A stretch of 55,903 nt of DNA from assembly GCA_036516515.1 (NCBI GenBank), contig DATBUC010000105.1, positions 1-55,903 on the forward strand, in the 5' to 3' direction. Each line of letters begins with the position of its first letter. The first letter of the stretch is position 1. Of the stretch, positions 46,327-55,613 are shown piece by piece. This DNA is from Erysipelothrix sp. Its GTDB lineage: Bacteria; Bacillota_I; Bacilli_A; Erysipelotrichales; Erysipelotrichaceae. The notes under the pieces were generated by a model. That model was not told the DNA's origin. It made no database searches and saw nothing but the letters and a program-made list of their open reading frames with translations. Made by a program: the position numbers and the translations under genes.

Positions 46327-47196
46327 GTGATAAAGATGAAACAAAAGAAATTAATTTCAATAAAAGACGTGTTACTGGTTACTTTAGGTGCTGTATTTTC
46401 AGCAAATGCGATTGTTCAATTTGTGCAGCAAGCACAGTTAGTGCCAAGTGGCGTTGCTGGGATGACCAGTCTTATCCTGATGCAAGTATCAGGTCTTTTT
46501 AATATACAATTGAATTTTACGCTCATTTATTGGGGGATTAACTTTGCCATTATTGCTTTTGTTTATAAACATATTGGTAAAAAATTCTTAATCCTATCCC
46601 TTACTCATGTATTTTTAACAGGATTTTTTGTCCAAGTTTTACCCGTCTTTAATGTCACCCAAGATGTTATTTTATTGGCTATTTTTGGTGGGGTTATCAA
46701 TGGCATCGGTTCTTCGCTTGCATTAAAAAGCGGGGGAAGTGCTGGGGGTACAGACTTTTTAGCGGTTTATTTTTCGATGGTTAAAAATAAACCAATGTGG
46801 CGCAAGATCATGTTTTTTAATATATCAATGTTGATTTATTTTGGTTGGCAATTTGATTGGACCTTAGCTTTCTATTCGATTATTTATCAAATGGCTTCAA
46901 CACAAATTATTGACCACTATCATGATCGTTACAAATTATCCAGTATTAATATTGTGACAGAACATCCTCAAGAGGTCAGTGACGCTATTTTAGCGGTTGT
47001 CCGTCATGGTATCACTAAAGTTGACGGTGTTGGGATGTTTAAAAATCGTGATAAAAGCATGCTTTACATGGTCGTGAATGCGTTTGAAGTGCCAGTCATT
47101 GTAGAGGCTGTGAAATCTGCGGATACGTGTGCTTTTATTGAAATTGCGAAAGTTCAACAAGTTGAAGGAAACTATCGTCAAAGACCTTTAGATTAG
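46327..47196 (+). CDS. YitT family membrane protein
   Basis: SGVAG, GGSAGGTDF, C-terminal DUF2179-like RHGIT...G.G...D..AFI. Confidence 0.9.
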   Translation: MIKMKQKKLISIKDVLLVTLGAVFSANAIVQFVQQAQLVPSGVAGMTSLILMQVSGLFNIQLNFTLIYWGINFAIIAFVYKHIGKKFLILSLTHVFLTGFFVQVLPVFNVTQDVILLAIFGGVINGIGSSLALKSGGSAGGTDFLAVYFSMVKNKPMWRKIMFFNISMLIYFGWQFDWTLAFYSIIYQMASTQIIDHYHDRYKLSSINIVTEHPQEVSDAILAVVRHGITKVDGVGMFKNRDKSMLYMVVNAFEVPVIVEAVKSADTCAFIEIAKVQQVEGNYRQRPLD

Positions 47197-47225
47197 TTGA
47201 AAAGAAAATTGAAATAGTTTATACT
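47197..47225 (+). promoter_or_regulatory. sigmaA promoter of metK
   Basis: TTGAAA-17bp-TATACT. Confidence 0.75.
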
Positions 47226-47231
47226 ATACAA

Positions 47232-47365
47232 GCGATTATCAAGAAGTGAGGTAGAGGGTTAGCTCAACCACCTCATACCAACCTGCTTATCAAAAAGTAA
47301 GGTGGTACTGCTAACATCGATAAGCTTGCAACAAAGCCTTAGTCTGTTAGCTAAGACTTTTTTTA
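47232..47365 (+). promoter_or_regulatory. SAM-I riboswitch (lacking P4) with terminator
   Basis: TTATCAAGA..GAGGG..ACCAACC..AGGTGGTA..GATAAG upstream of metK; terminator with T-run at ~47335-47364. Confidence 0.85.
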
Positions 47366-47387
47366 TGTCGCTAGAAAAGAGGCAAAA

Positions 47388-48485
47388 ATGAATCATATCG
47401 TTTATTTCACTTCAGAAAGTGTTACGGATGGTCATCCCGATAAAATTTGTGATCAAATTGCGGATGCGATTTTAGATGCAGCACTTACTGAAGACAAAAA
47501 TTCAAAAATGGCCGTTGAAGCGACCATCAAAGATAATTTTATTTTAGTATACGGCGAGGCGAATACCAAAGCCGATTTAGATTATGCGCAAATTGCGAAA
47601 GATGTCGTGAAAGATATTGGCTATCAAGAAGAGTTTGAGGTCTTGGTCAAAGTCCAACAACAATCTTCGCAAATTTTTAATGCTGTTATTAATGCCGATG
47701 AGATTGCGGCAGGGGATCAAGGGATTATGTTTGGTTATGCAAGCAACGAAACCGCATCCTACATGCCCTTACCAATTGATTTAGCGCATAAACTGGCGCA
47801 AAAACTCTCTGCTTTAAAAGCAGAAGTTGATTGGCTTTTACCTGATGGTAAAACACAAGTAACAATCGCTTATCAAGATGATAAACCACTTTATGTGCAC
47901 ACAGTTTTAATCAGTGCATCACATCAAGAAAATATCTCTCAAGCGCAAATAAAAGAAACAATGATTGAAAAAGTAATTAAACCAATTATTCCAGCACACT
48001 TAATTACAGAAGAAACAGATATGATTATTAATCCAAGTGGTGCTTTCAGTATTGCAGGACCTTTTAGTGATAGTGGGACAACGGGAAGAAAAATTGTTGT
48101 TGATTCTTACGGTGGTATGGGACGCATTGGTGGGGGCTGCTTTAGTTCTAAAGATCCTTCTAAAGTAGATCGCTCAGCTGCTTATTATGCGCGTTACGTA
48201 GCCAAAAGCGTTGTAGCCAGTGGTCTTTGTGATCGCATTGAAATTCAATTGAGTTATGCAATTGGGATTGCCGATCCATTATCTGTACATATTGATACTT
48301 TCAATACAGCGAAAAGACCTGAAAATGAGATTCTTGAGATTATTATGAAGAACTTTGATTTCTCGGTTAAAAACATCATTAATGAATTAGATTTATATCA
48401 ACCCATTTATCGTAAAACAAGCAATTTCGGTCATTTTGGTCGTGATGGATTTACATGGGAAAATATTAAGCAATTAAAATATTAG
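47388..48485 (+). CDS. metK: S-adenosylmethionine synthetase
   Basis: FTSESVTDGHPDKICDQI, AGDQG, DGKTQV, TGRKI, KDPSKVDRS. Confidence 0.97.
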   Translation: MNHIVYFTSESVTDGHPDKICDQIADAILDAALTEDKNSKMAVEATIKDNFILVYGEANTKADLDYAQIAKDVVKDIGYQEEFEVLVKVQQQSSQIFNAVINADEIAAGDQGIMFGYASNETASYMPLPIDLAHKLAQKLSALKAEVDWLLPDGKTQVTIAYQDDKPLYVHTVLISASHQENISQAQIKETMIEKVIKPIIPAHLITEETDMIINPSGAFSIAGPFSDSGTTGRKIVVDSYGGMGRIGGGCFSSKDPSKVDRSAAYYARYVAKSVVASGLCDRIEIQLSYAIGIADPLSVHIDTFNTAKRPENEILEIIMKNFDFSVKNIINELDLYQPIYRKTSNFGHFGRDGFTWENIKQLKY

Positions 48486-48510
48486 AAAAGACCGCTAGAG
48501 GCGGTCTTTT
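48486..48510. terminator. Bidirectional terminator
   Basis: AAAAGACCGC-tagag-GCGGTCTTTT. Confidence 0.8.
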
Positions 48511-49568
48511 GCTTGCTTAATGATGGGAAATGATACTTCTTGTTGTTCTAAGATTTTTTGTTTGTCTAAGGGTAATATTTGCGCGTAGAGTTGTGTAAAT
48601 TTAAGCTCTTCTTGATGATAAAGATAATCAGTAAACTTACTCGAGAATTGGTGACTGTCTTTGATTTCGTTAAGATAAAGAATACCTTTTTGACTTAAAC
48701 CTAAAATGCGAGGACTTGTGGGAATCGGATAATCTTTTTTCTCGATGCCTAAATATAAATTCAGTAAAGTTCTTTGAATGCGCGTGCGGGTGTATCGTTT
48801 AGAAGTACAAGAATTAATGAGATCTTGTTGATATCGTTGCTTTTTAAAGAGATGTTCAATCCCTTCATCCATTAAAAGGTGTTTGGCCAATTGTGCTTCA
48901 TTTTGCTGGATGATTTGATAGCGAATGTATGGGAGATAGTCTTCTAAAAAATGATGATCATAGACATCTAATTTATAAAACAGCCCGTGCTCATAGGCTT
49001 GCTTTGTTTTAAGGGCATGGCGAATAGCACTGGCTGAGATTATTTCTTTATTGGTGGCTAAATCATGGTAGTTTCCTTGACGCTGAATACTGTGACAAGC
49101 AATGTTTTTTTCTTGGGCGATCTTTTGATAAATTGCGCCTAAGATATCATTTGGTCCCAATGTATTTTGGTTACTGGCTTTAGCGAAACTGCCCCCCTGT
49201 GTCATAATCTCTTTATCAAAGACAAGTGATTGTGTTTGGTTGCTTTCAGAACCATAGATAATTTCATCAACGCCTAAATGGTCAAGTAGGGTGATGGCGG
49301 ATTTTGCGAATACATCAGCTCTTTGTAAAACATGAAATGTGGGGATTTCAATGACAATATCAATGCCACTATCTAGCGCGATTTGTGTCCGCTCATATTT
49401 ATTGATGAGGGCGGGTTCTCCCCGTTGGACAAATTGGGGCGACATCGCGGCAATGACCACCTCAGCTTGACTCTTTTTAATGGCTGTATGGAGATGATAA
49501 CGATGGCCATTATGCATGGGATTATACTCAACGATTAATCCCAGTGCTTTTCTTTTATTTTTATGCAT
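48495..49568 (-). CDS. tmcAL: tRNA(Met) cytidine acetate ligase (YlbM)
   Basis: GLIVEYNPMHNGH, FVQRGEPA, GSES, PNDILG, SASAIR, KRYTRTRIQR. Confidence 0.88.
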   Translation of the reverse strand: MHKNKRKALGLIVEYNPMHNGHRYHLHTAIKKSQAEVVIAAMSPQFVQRGEPALINKYERTQIALDSGIDIVIEIPTFHVLQRADVFAKSAITLLDHLGVDEIIYGSESNQTQSLVFDKEIMTQGGSFAKASNQNTLGPNDILGAIYQKIAQEKNIACHSIQRQGNYHDLATNKEIISASAIRHALKTKQAYEHGLFYKLDVYDHHFLEDYLPYIRYQIIQQNEAQLAKHLLMDEGIEHLFKKQRYQQDLINSCTSKRYTRTRIQRTLLNLYLGIEKKDYPIPTSPRILGLSQKGILYLNEIKDSHQFSSKFTDYLYHQEELKFTQLYAQILPLDKQKILEQQEVSFPIIKQAKDRL

Positions 49569-49657
49569 AGTTTTACCTCACTTTCATGCAATTTAGGTGC
49601 TTATCATGTTACAATGTTAGTATATCAAACTTATGACGAGAAAATGGAGGAAATGTA

Positions 49658-50713
49658 ATGTTAAATGAGAAACAATTGAATTGGTTTAAATCGCTTACAG
49701 AACTTGATGGTGTTAGTGGTCATGAGAATGAAGTCTCATCTTACTTACGCCAAGCTTATGAAAAATATACTGATGAAATTATTTACGATCAATTAGGCAG
49801 TATTGTCGCTGTTAAACGATCAAAAAAAGAAAATGCAAAAAAAGTATTAATTTTAGGTCACATGGATGAAGTTGGTTTTTTAGTTAAAGATATTACGGAT
49901 ACCGGTGTTTTGAAAATTCATCCTGTGGGTGGCTGGTTCAGTCAAACTTTATTAGCACATCGTGTGCGTGTGACAACACGTGATCAAAGAAAATATATGG
50001 GGACCATTGGCAGTATTCCACCCCATATGTTAACACCTGAAGAACGTGCTAAGCCAATGCAAATTGAACAGATGATTGTGGATGTGGGAGCCAAGGATAA
50101 AGCTGATGCTTTAGCGATGGGAATTCAAATTGGTGATATGGTTGTCGTTCAAGGAAATTTTGAAGTTCTTAATGAGGGCGAACGATTACTCGCCAAAGCT
50201 TTCGACAATCGTTATGGTTGTGTAATGGGGCTTGATTTGCTCGATACATTACATGATCAAGACTTAGATTTTGATCTCTATATTGGGGCTTCGGTACAAG
50301 AAGAAGTTGGCTTACGCGGAGCACAAACCATTTCTCAAATGATTAATCCTGATTTGGCGATTATTCTAGATTGTTCCCCTGCGAATGATGCCTTGGACAA
50401 ATCCTCATTAGGTAAGTTAGGGGAAGGGGTCTTGATTCGCGTGATGGATGGTTCGATGATCGCCAATAAAGATGTCTTATATCGTTTTGTTGATGTATGT
50501 GAAGCGCATGATATTGACCATCAATATTACTTCTCCAATGGGGGTACCGATGCAGGCATTGTTCATAAAGCCCATGATGGGGTTAAAACATTAACGGCGT
50601 GTGTCTGTGCAAGAAATATTCATACCTCCAGTAGCATTCTTGATGTAAAAGATTACTTAGCGGCTAAAAAGGCCATTTTAAAATTCTTAGATGAGGCAGA
50701 CGAGGTGATGTAA
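49658..50713 (+). CDS. M42 family aminopeptidase
   Basis: GHMDEVG, KAFDNRYG, QEEVGLRGA, GGTDAG, IH. Confidence 0.94.
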   Translation: MLNEKQLNWFKSLTELDGVSGHENEVSSYLRQAYEKYTDEIIYDQLGSIVAVKRSKKENAKKVLILGHMDEVGFLVKDITDTGVLKIHPVGGWFSQTLLAHRVRVTTRDQRKYMGTIGSIPPHMLTPEERAKPMQIEQMIVDVGAKDKADALAMGIQIGDMVVVQGNFEVLNEGERLLAKAFDNRYGCVMGLDLLDTLHDQDLDFDLYIGASVQEEVGLRGAQTISQMINPDLAIILDCSPANDALDKSSLGKLGEGVLIRVMDGSMIANKDVLYRFVDVCEAHDIDHQYYFSNGGTDAGIVHKAHDGVKTLTACVCARNIHTSSSILDVKDYLAAKKAILKFLDEADEVM

Positions 50714-51376
50714 TTGAAAAAGTTCGTATCGGTTCTCGCAGTTTTATTATTGTTGAGTGCATGTAAAAGTAAACCGATTTCTTTTTCTGAACCCTTGCAT
50801 CGCAGTCTCAGTCGTCCTTTACCGTTTGGTACAAATTATAGTAAACCCTATTATAAATATTATTTACCACCAAATGTTGGGGTCAAATCATCGACTGAAA
50901 TTGGTTCCTTATTGAGTATTGAACAGAGCGAAATTATGATGAATCTTAAAGTCTCACGCGTTGTTGCTTTAAGTTATAGTGATCATGACTTGAAATTGGA
51001 AGATCTCATGGATGAAAAAGAAAATCTTTTTCAAGAGGGGGGCCACTACCTTGATGTGAATGATCAAGAGAGAATGTTCTTGTTTACAGTTTATGAAGTG
51101 AAAAAAGAACGTTATCTTTTTGTCTTAGAAAATGAACGTGTGGAACTTGTAAGTATTGTCGATAATAACAATGCAGCTTATATACTAGAAAATATGATGT
51201 TGATTTTAAGAAGTATTGACGTGAATGATGCATTGATTGTCGCAAATTATTCAAATAAAGAAATTGTGGAAGATAAAACGATTCACGAAGATTTCTTCGA
51301 ACATGCCGTTCCAGAGTCCGGCAATCTAATTGAAATGTATAATCGTTTACATCCAGATGACAAAATTGAGGAGTAG
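50714..51376 (+). CDS. Lipoprotein of unknown function
   Basis: TTG start after GAGGTG; LLLSAC lipobox. Confidence 0.75.
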   Translation: MKKFVSVLAVLLLLSACKSKPISFSEPLHRSLSRPLPFGTNYSKPYYKYYLPPNVGVKSSTEIGSLLSIEQSEIMMNLKVSRVVALSYSDHDLKLEDLMDEKENLFQEGGHYLDVNDQERMFLFTVYEVKKERYLFVLENERVELVSIVDNNNAAYILENMMLILRSIDVNDALIVANYSNKEIVEDKTIHEDFFEHAVPESGNLIEMYNRLHPDDKIEE

Positions 51377-51386
51377 AGGTGGTATC

Positions 51387-51974
51387 ATGTTTAAAAAATT
51401 AGCTTCATTTTTATTTGAAGAAGAAGAAATTATTGTCGAGGAAGAAGAACTGCATCCTCATAAAGAAGCAAATTATGAAATTCCTAAACTAGATGGCATT
51501 AAGGCACGTAATCAAAAAGAACAAGAAAGCATAGCCAAACCCATTGAAACGCCTGTAAGTGAAAAAGTTGAGGCTACACCTGTTATAAAAGAAAAAGAGA
51601 TGCCTAATAAAATACAACGAATTGATGTTGATGGTGCTGAGAAAAAGGCAGTCAAAGAGAAAGTTGTCAAACCAGCGCCTCAAGCAAAAGTAGAGACTGT
51701 TTATCAACCACAAGAGATTATCAGTCCTATTTTCGGAGGCAGTGAGAAAAAGGCGGAACCGATCCGTTTAAATAAGCCTAAAAAGCAGGTAAAACAAACA
51801 GAGAACTCAATCATTAGCCCGATGTATGGGATTGTGACAGAAGAACAACAAAACAAAGTTGCGAAAGAAGTTCTAGAGTATGATTTAGAAGACATGCTCA
51901 GTCCAGAGAAAGGGCCATCAGAAGTTCAGGTTTCTCTCTATGATTATTTGGAGGAACTCTCAGATGACGAATAA
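51387..51974 (+). CDS. Low-complexity protein with two ISP(I/M)(F/Y)G motifs (SftA N-terminus-like)
   Basis: QEIISPIFG and SIISPMYG; E/K/P-rich linker; occupies the sftA position upstream of murC. Confidence 0.6.
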   Translation: MFKKLASFLFEEEEIIVEEEELHPHKEANYEIPKLDGIKARNQKEQESIAKPIETPVSEKVEATPVIKEKEMPNKIQRIDVDGAEKKAVKEKVVKPAPQAKVETVYQPQEIISPIFGGSEKKAEPIRLNKPKKQVKQTENSIISPMYGIVTEEQQNKVAKEVLEYDLEDMLSPEKGPSEVQVSLYDYLEELSDDE

Positions 51975-53283
51975 GACAATATATTTTATTGGTATTAAGG
52001 GCACGGGCATGGCTGCGCTGGCACGTATTTGCCATAATTTAGGCTATCATGTTTATGGTTCTGATTTGACCGAACATTTCTTTACTGAAGATCCTTTGCG
52101 TGAGTTAGGCATTGAAATTTTGCCTTTTTCAAAAGATAACATTCCGAATAATGCTACGATTATACGCGGGAATGCGTTTAAAGATGATCATGTAGAAGTG
52201 GCAGCAGCCTTAAAAAATCCAACGATAAAACTGTATTCTTATCATGAATTCTTAGGCCTTTTAATGAAAGAATATCGCAGCATCGCGGTGAGTGGTTCGC
52301 ATGGTAAAACAACAACAACGACACTTTTAAATGATATGATGTCCTATTCACAAAGTACCGGTTACTTAATTGGTGATGGGCAAGGTGAATTAGATGAGAA
52401 AGATCAATACTTTTTAGTGGAAGCTTGTGAGTTTAGACGCCATTTCTTAGCTTATCATCCTGAAGTAGCAATTATGACCAACTTTGAAATTGATCATGTA
52501 GATTATTTTAAAGATGAACAAGATTATCTCTCAGCCTTTGAAGCTTTCTCAGAAAATGTTAAGGAATTAACGATTGTTTGGGGTGATGATCCTCATTTAA
52601 GCCAAATGAATTTAAGTGGCGCTGTCATGACCTATGGCTTAAGTAAGGGAAATGATCTTTATGCCATTAATATTGATCGTCGTGTCGATCGCTCTATTTT
52701 TGATGTTTATTATCAAGGTGAGAAGTTTCATCACTTCAACATTCCTTTGGTAGGCGATCATATGATCTTGAATGCATTGGCCGTTATTGGCGTAGGGATT
52801 CACGAAGGCATTAATCCGCATCTTATCGAAGCAGGTTTACAAAACTTTAAAGGTGCGAAAAGAAGATTCGTAATTGAAGAAGGCCAACACAATGTCTATA
52901 TTGATGATTACGCGCATCACCCAACTGAAATTGATGTGACCTTAAAAGCGGTAAAACAACGTTATCCTGATCGTAGAATTGTTGCGATATTTAAACCACA
53001 TCGAACAGGACGGGTCCATTATTTTGTTGATGAATTTGCCAAGAGTCTCAGTCAGGCTGATGAAGTATTCTTATGTCCGTTTACCAGTATTGATGATCAT
53101 GATGATGGTGTTGATATTGAAATTGATTATTTACAAGCACGTATTGAAGGCAGTTATATTATCGATGAAGATCAAGCTTCAATTGAAACCCTTGCTTCGT
53201 TTGGACCTGCTGTCTATGTGTTTATGAGTTCTAAGGATATTTATAATATTGCTGAAGAACTGAAACACTTTTTCAATGATTGA
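51964..53283 (+). CDS. murC: UDP-N-acetylmuramate--L-alanine ligase
   Basis: FIGIKGTGMAALA, GSHGKTTTT, EACE, DHVDY, DDYAHHPTEI. Confidence 0.97.
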   Translation: MTNKTIYFIGIKGTGMAALARICHNLGYHVYGSDLTEHFFTEDPLRELGIEILPFSKDNIPNNATIIRGNAFKDDHVEVAAALKNPTIKLYSYHEFLGLLMKEYRSIAVSGSHGKTTTTTLLNDMMSYSQSTGYLIGDGQGELDEKDQYFLVEACEFRRHFLAYHPEVAIMTNFEIDHVDYFKDEQDYLSAFEAFSENVKELTIVWGDDPHLSQMNLSGAVMTYGLSKGNDLYAINIDRRVDRSIFDVYYQGEKFHHFNIPLVGDHMILNALAVIGVGIHEGINPHLIEAGLQNFKGAKRRFVIEEGQHNVYIDDYAHHPTEIDVTLKAVKQRYPDRRIVAIFKPHRTGRVHYFVDEFAKSLSQADEVFLCPFTSIDDHDDGVDIEIDYLQARIEGSYIIDEDQASIETLASFGPAVYVFMSSKDIYNIAEELKHFFND

Positions 53284-53317
53284 AACCATTTACATTTTAC
53301 ATCAAGCCCGTTATAAT
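53281..53317 (+). promoter_or_regulatory. Promoter with overlapping cre-like site
   Basis: TGAAACCATTTACA at 53281-53294 (one mismatch to cre) includes -35 TTTACA; TATAAT at 53312-53317, 17-bp spacer. Confidence 0.6.
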
Positions 53318-53339
53318 ATAAGAGAGAGGAGCCGAAAAT

Positions 53340-53732
53340 ATGGTAGATGATTTACTAATTGCGTTGCAGAAAATATCACAAACACTGATTCCAGTGGCAG
53401 GTTTCATAGTTTTGGTTATCTTAGCGATGGTTTTATATCAAGTATACAAATTTCTTAAGGCTTTACCGGATACCTTGGGTAAAGTAGAGGCGCTACTTGA
53501 TAGTACGAATGATTCGGTGGAACAGTTGGAAAAACCCCTTGAAGCGTTGGCGAATATTTCGTCCACAGTTGATATGGTTAATTCCGCAACATCTGAAGCC
53601 GTGAAATCAGTTGCAAGTTATACGATGGAAAATTCAGATGTGATTGTAAATTGGTTTAAAAAAGATAAAAAAAGAAATAAAGATAAACCCGTAGAAGAAA
53701 AAACAGAGGAGGATTTTGGTATTTATGAATAG
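53340..53732 (+). CDS. YtxG/DUF948-like membrane protein
   Basis: N-terminal TM + coiled coil; murC-ytxG-ytxH-ccpA synteny. Confidence 0.6.
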   Translation: MVDDLLIALQKISQTLIPVAGFIVLVILAMVLYQVYKFLKALPDTLGKVEALLDSTNDSVEQLEKPLEALANISSTVDMVNSATSEAVKSVASYTMENSDVIVNWFKKDKKRNKDKPVEEKTEEDFGIYE

Positions 53733-54618
53733 ACATGATGAAATTTTAAATGAACTCGTATATCAAATTGATGATTTAGTGTATGATTTCTACAGCAAGT
53801 CCAATGAGATTATTGCCAAGAAAAATAACCAAGACCGTCTGCTTAATTTTAGAGATAAAACGGTTGAGACATTAAATAATATGAACGTACGTTCATTAGA
53901 AATGATTTCTAATTTAAGAAAACAAGAACATGTTGTCGAACGTGCTGAAGCACTTTTAAAGAAAAATAAAGATTTAATTGCTTCAAGTTATGAAGTTTTA
54001 AATAATGCTGGCGATAAAAGTGAACTACTGGAAGATTTAGGTGCACTTTCTGCAAGTATGTACGACTCTGCTAAGCAAGTAGTCAATAAGGTTGAAGAAT
54101 CAGGTGTCTTTAGTAAATTTTTAAATAAAACTAAAGAAGGCTTTGAATCATTAGTCAATCACCCAACAGTAGTGAAAGGGACTGAAGTTGTTAAGGAAAC
54201 GACAAAAGAAGCCCTTGATGCAGGTTCAAAAGCACTAAAACAAGGAAGTGACAAAGTTTCTGAATGGCTTGATGATGCCCAAGATGAAGTCGAAGATTTT
54301 AAAGAAGATGTGCATGAGTTTTCAGTAGAAGCAGATGAAGCTTTATCAGATGCTGAGGATCATTTACATATTCTAATTAATGATGGCATTGACAAAGCTG
54401 AAGATTTAAAAGATGCTGCAGTTGATAAAACAGAAAAAGCAGCCGAAGATTTAAATGAAGAAATAGATGAAGTTGAAAATCGAATTGAGGATACTGTCCA
54501 AGAGCATATACATGTTGATTTTTTAGATAAAGATGAATTACCTCAAACTGCCATCGATTCAGATATTTCAGATGAGCATAAGGAGGAAGTGGAAGATGAA
54601 AAGAGTCACAATTTATGA
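53725..54618 (+). CDS. Acidic helical protein in the ytxH position
   Basis: Amphipathic repeats and very acidic C-half; SD GAGGAGG; identity rests on synteny only. Confidence 0.55.
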   Translation: MNRHDEILNELVYQIDDLVYDFYSKSNEIIAKKNNQDRLLNFRDKTVETLNNMNVRSLEMISNLRKQEHVVERAEALLKKNKDLIASSYEVLNNAGDKSELLEDLGALSASMYDSAKQVVNKVEESGVFSKFLNKTKEGFESLVNHPTVVKGTEVVKETTKEALDAGSKALKQGSDKVSEWLDDAQDEVEDFKEDVHEFSVEADEALSDAEDHLHILINDGIDKAEDLKDAAVDKTEKAAEDLNEEIDEVENRIEDTVQEHIHVDFLDKDELPQTAIDSDISDEHKEEVEDEKSHNL

Positions 54619-55591
54619 TGTAGCAAAGGAGGCGGGGGTATCCCTCGCCACCGTTTCACGTGTTATTAACGGTTTAGAAATCGTGCGTGATGAAACAAGA
54701 GAAAAGGTCGAGGCAGCCATAGATAAACTGGGTTATAAACCCAATGCTGTTGCTCAAGGACTTGCCTTACAAAAAACCACAACAATTGCTTTAATTGTAC
54801 CTGAAGCAAGCTTTGTTTATACAGGACAAATTATTAACGGTTTAATTGATGTGGCAAAGATTTATAAATACAATATCATGTTACATACAATGACAGAGGG
54901 TATTGTTGATATTAATGATTTGATCGATGATGTCATTAAATCCCGTGTGGATGGGGTTATTATTTACAACGATAAGTTAATGGAAGATGAACTTGCTGAA
55001 TTAAGTAAATATGAATTCCCAATTGTAATTATTGGCAATAAAATGTCTGACAAACAAATTTCTTCAGTTTATGTTGATATTGAAAAAGCAATTTATGAAC
55101 TTGCTATGAGCCAATTAGAAGCTGAACCAAATAAACGTTTAGCGATCATTCAAGATAGAAAAAATGATTTCACTACAAAAATGATGGTTAAAGGTCTGCA
55201 AAAAGCCTATCAAGAACTTGGTATTGAAGATGAAGGGTATGTAGAAATACCAGCTAATTACCGTCGTTCTTATGATTATTTCTTAGATGAAATTGAAAAT
55301 TTACCTTATACTTATTATATCTCTAACCGAGATTCACAAGCTATTGCGGCCATTAATGCGGCTCAAGAAAAAGGTTTATCAGTACCAGAAGATCTTGAAG
55401 TAGTCTGTTTAATTGACACGAAATATAATTCAATGGTTCGTCCGCGCTTAAGTAGCTTTGCGATCCCATCTTATGATCTGGGAGCAGTTGCGATGCGAGT
55501 ACTCACTAAAATGCTTAATGACGAGGAAGTTGAAGATAAAGAAATTGAACTCAGTTATCTTTTCACACCGCGTCAATCTACCAAAAACTAG
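54596..55591 (+). CDS. ccpA: Catabolite control protein A (LacI family)
   Basis: VTIYDVAKEAGVSLATVSRV, YKPNAVAQGLA, MVRPRLSS, YDLGAVAMRVLTK. Confidence 0.92.
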   Translation: MKRVTIYDVAKEAGVSLATVSRVINGLEIVRDETREKVEAAIDKLGYKPNAVAQGLALQKTTTIALIVPEASFVYTGQIINGLIDVAKIYKYNIMLHTMTEGIVDINDLIDDVIKSRVDGVIIYNDKLMEDELAELSKYEFPIVIIGNKMSDKQISSVYVDIEKAIYELAMSQLEAEPNKRLAIIQDRKNDFTTKMMVKGLQKAYQELGIEDEGYVEIPANYRRSYDYFLDEIENLPYTYYISNRDSQAIAAINAAQEKGLSVPEDLEVVCLIDTKYNSMVRPRLSSFAIPSYDLGAVAMRVLTKMLNDEEVEDKEIELSYLFTPRQSTKN

Positions 55592-55613
55592 AAGACAGAC
55601 GTCTTCTTTTTTT
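55590..55613 (+). terminator. Intrinsic terminator
   Basis: AGAAGAC-agac-GTCTTCT plus T-run. Confidence 0.8.

Noticed and set aside
1337-53227. Many 60-125 aa antisense or alternate-frame ORFs in the track (e.g. 8744-9055, 16703-17074, 22653-23012)
   Set aside because: They are nested in well-supported genes and show no SD or recognisable motif; treated as shadow ORFs
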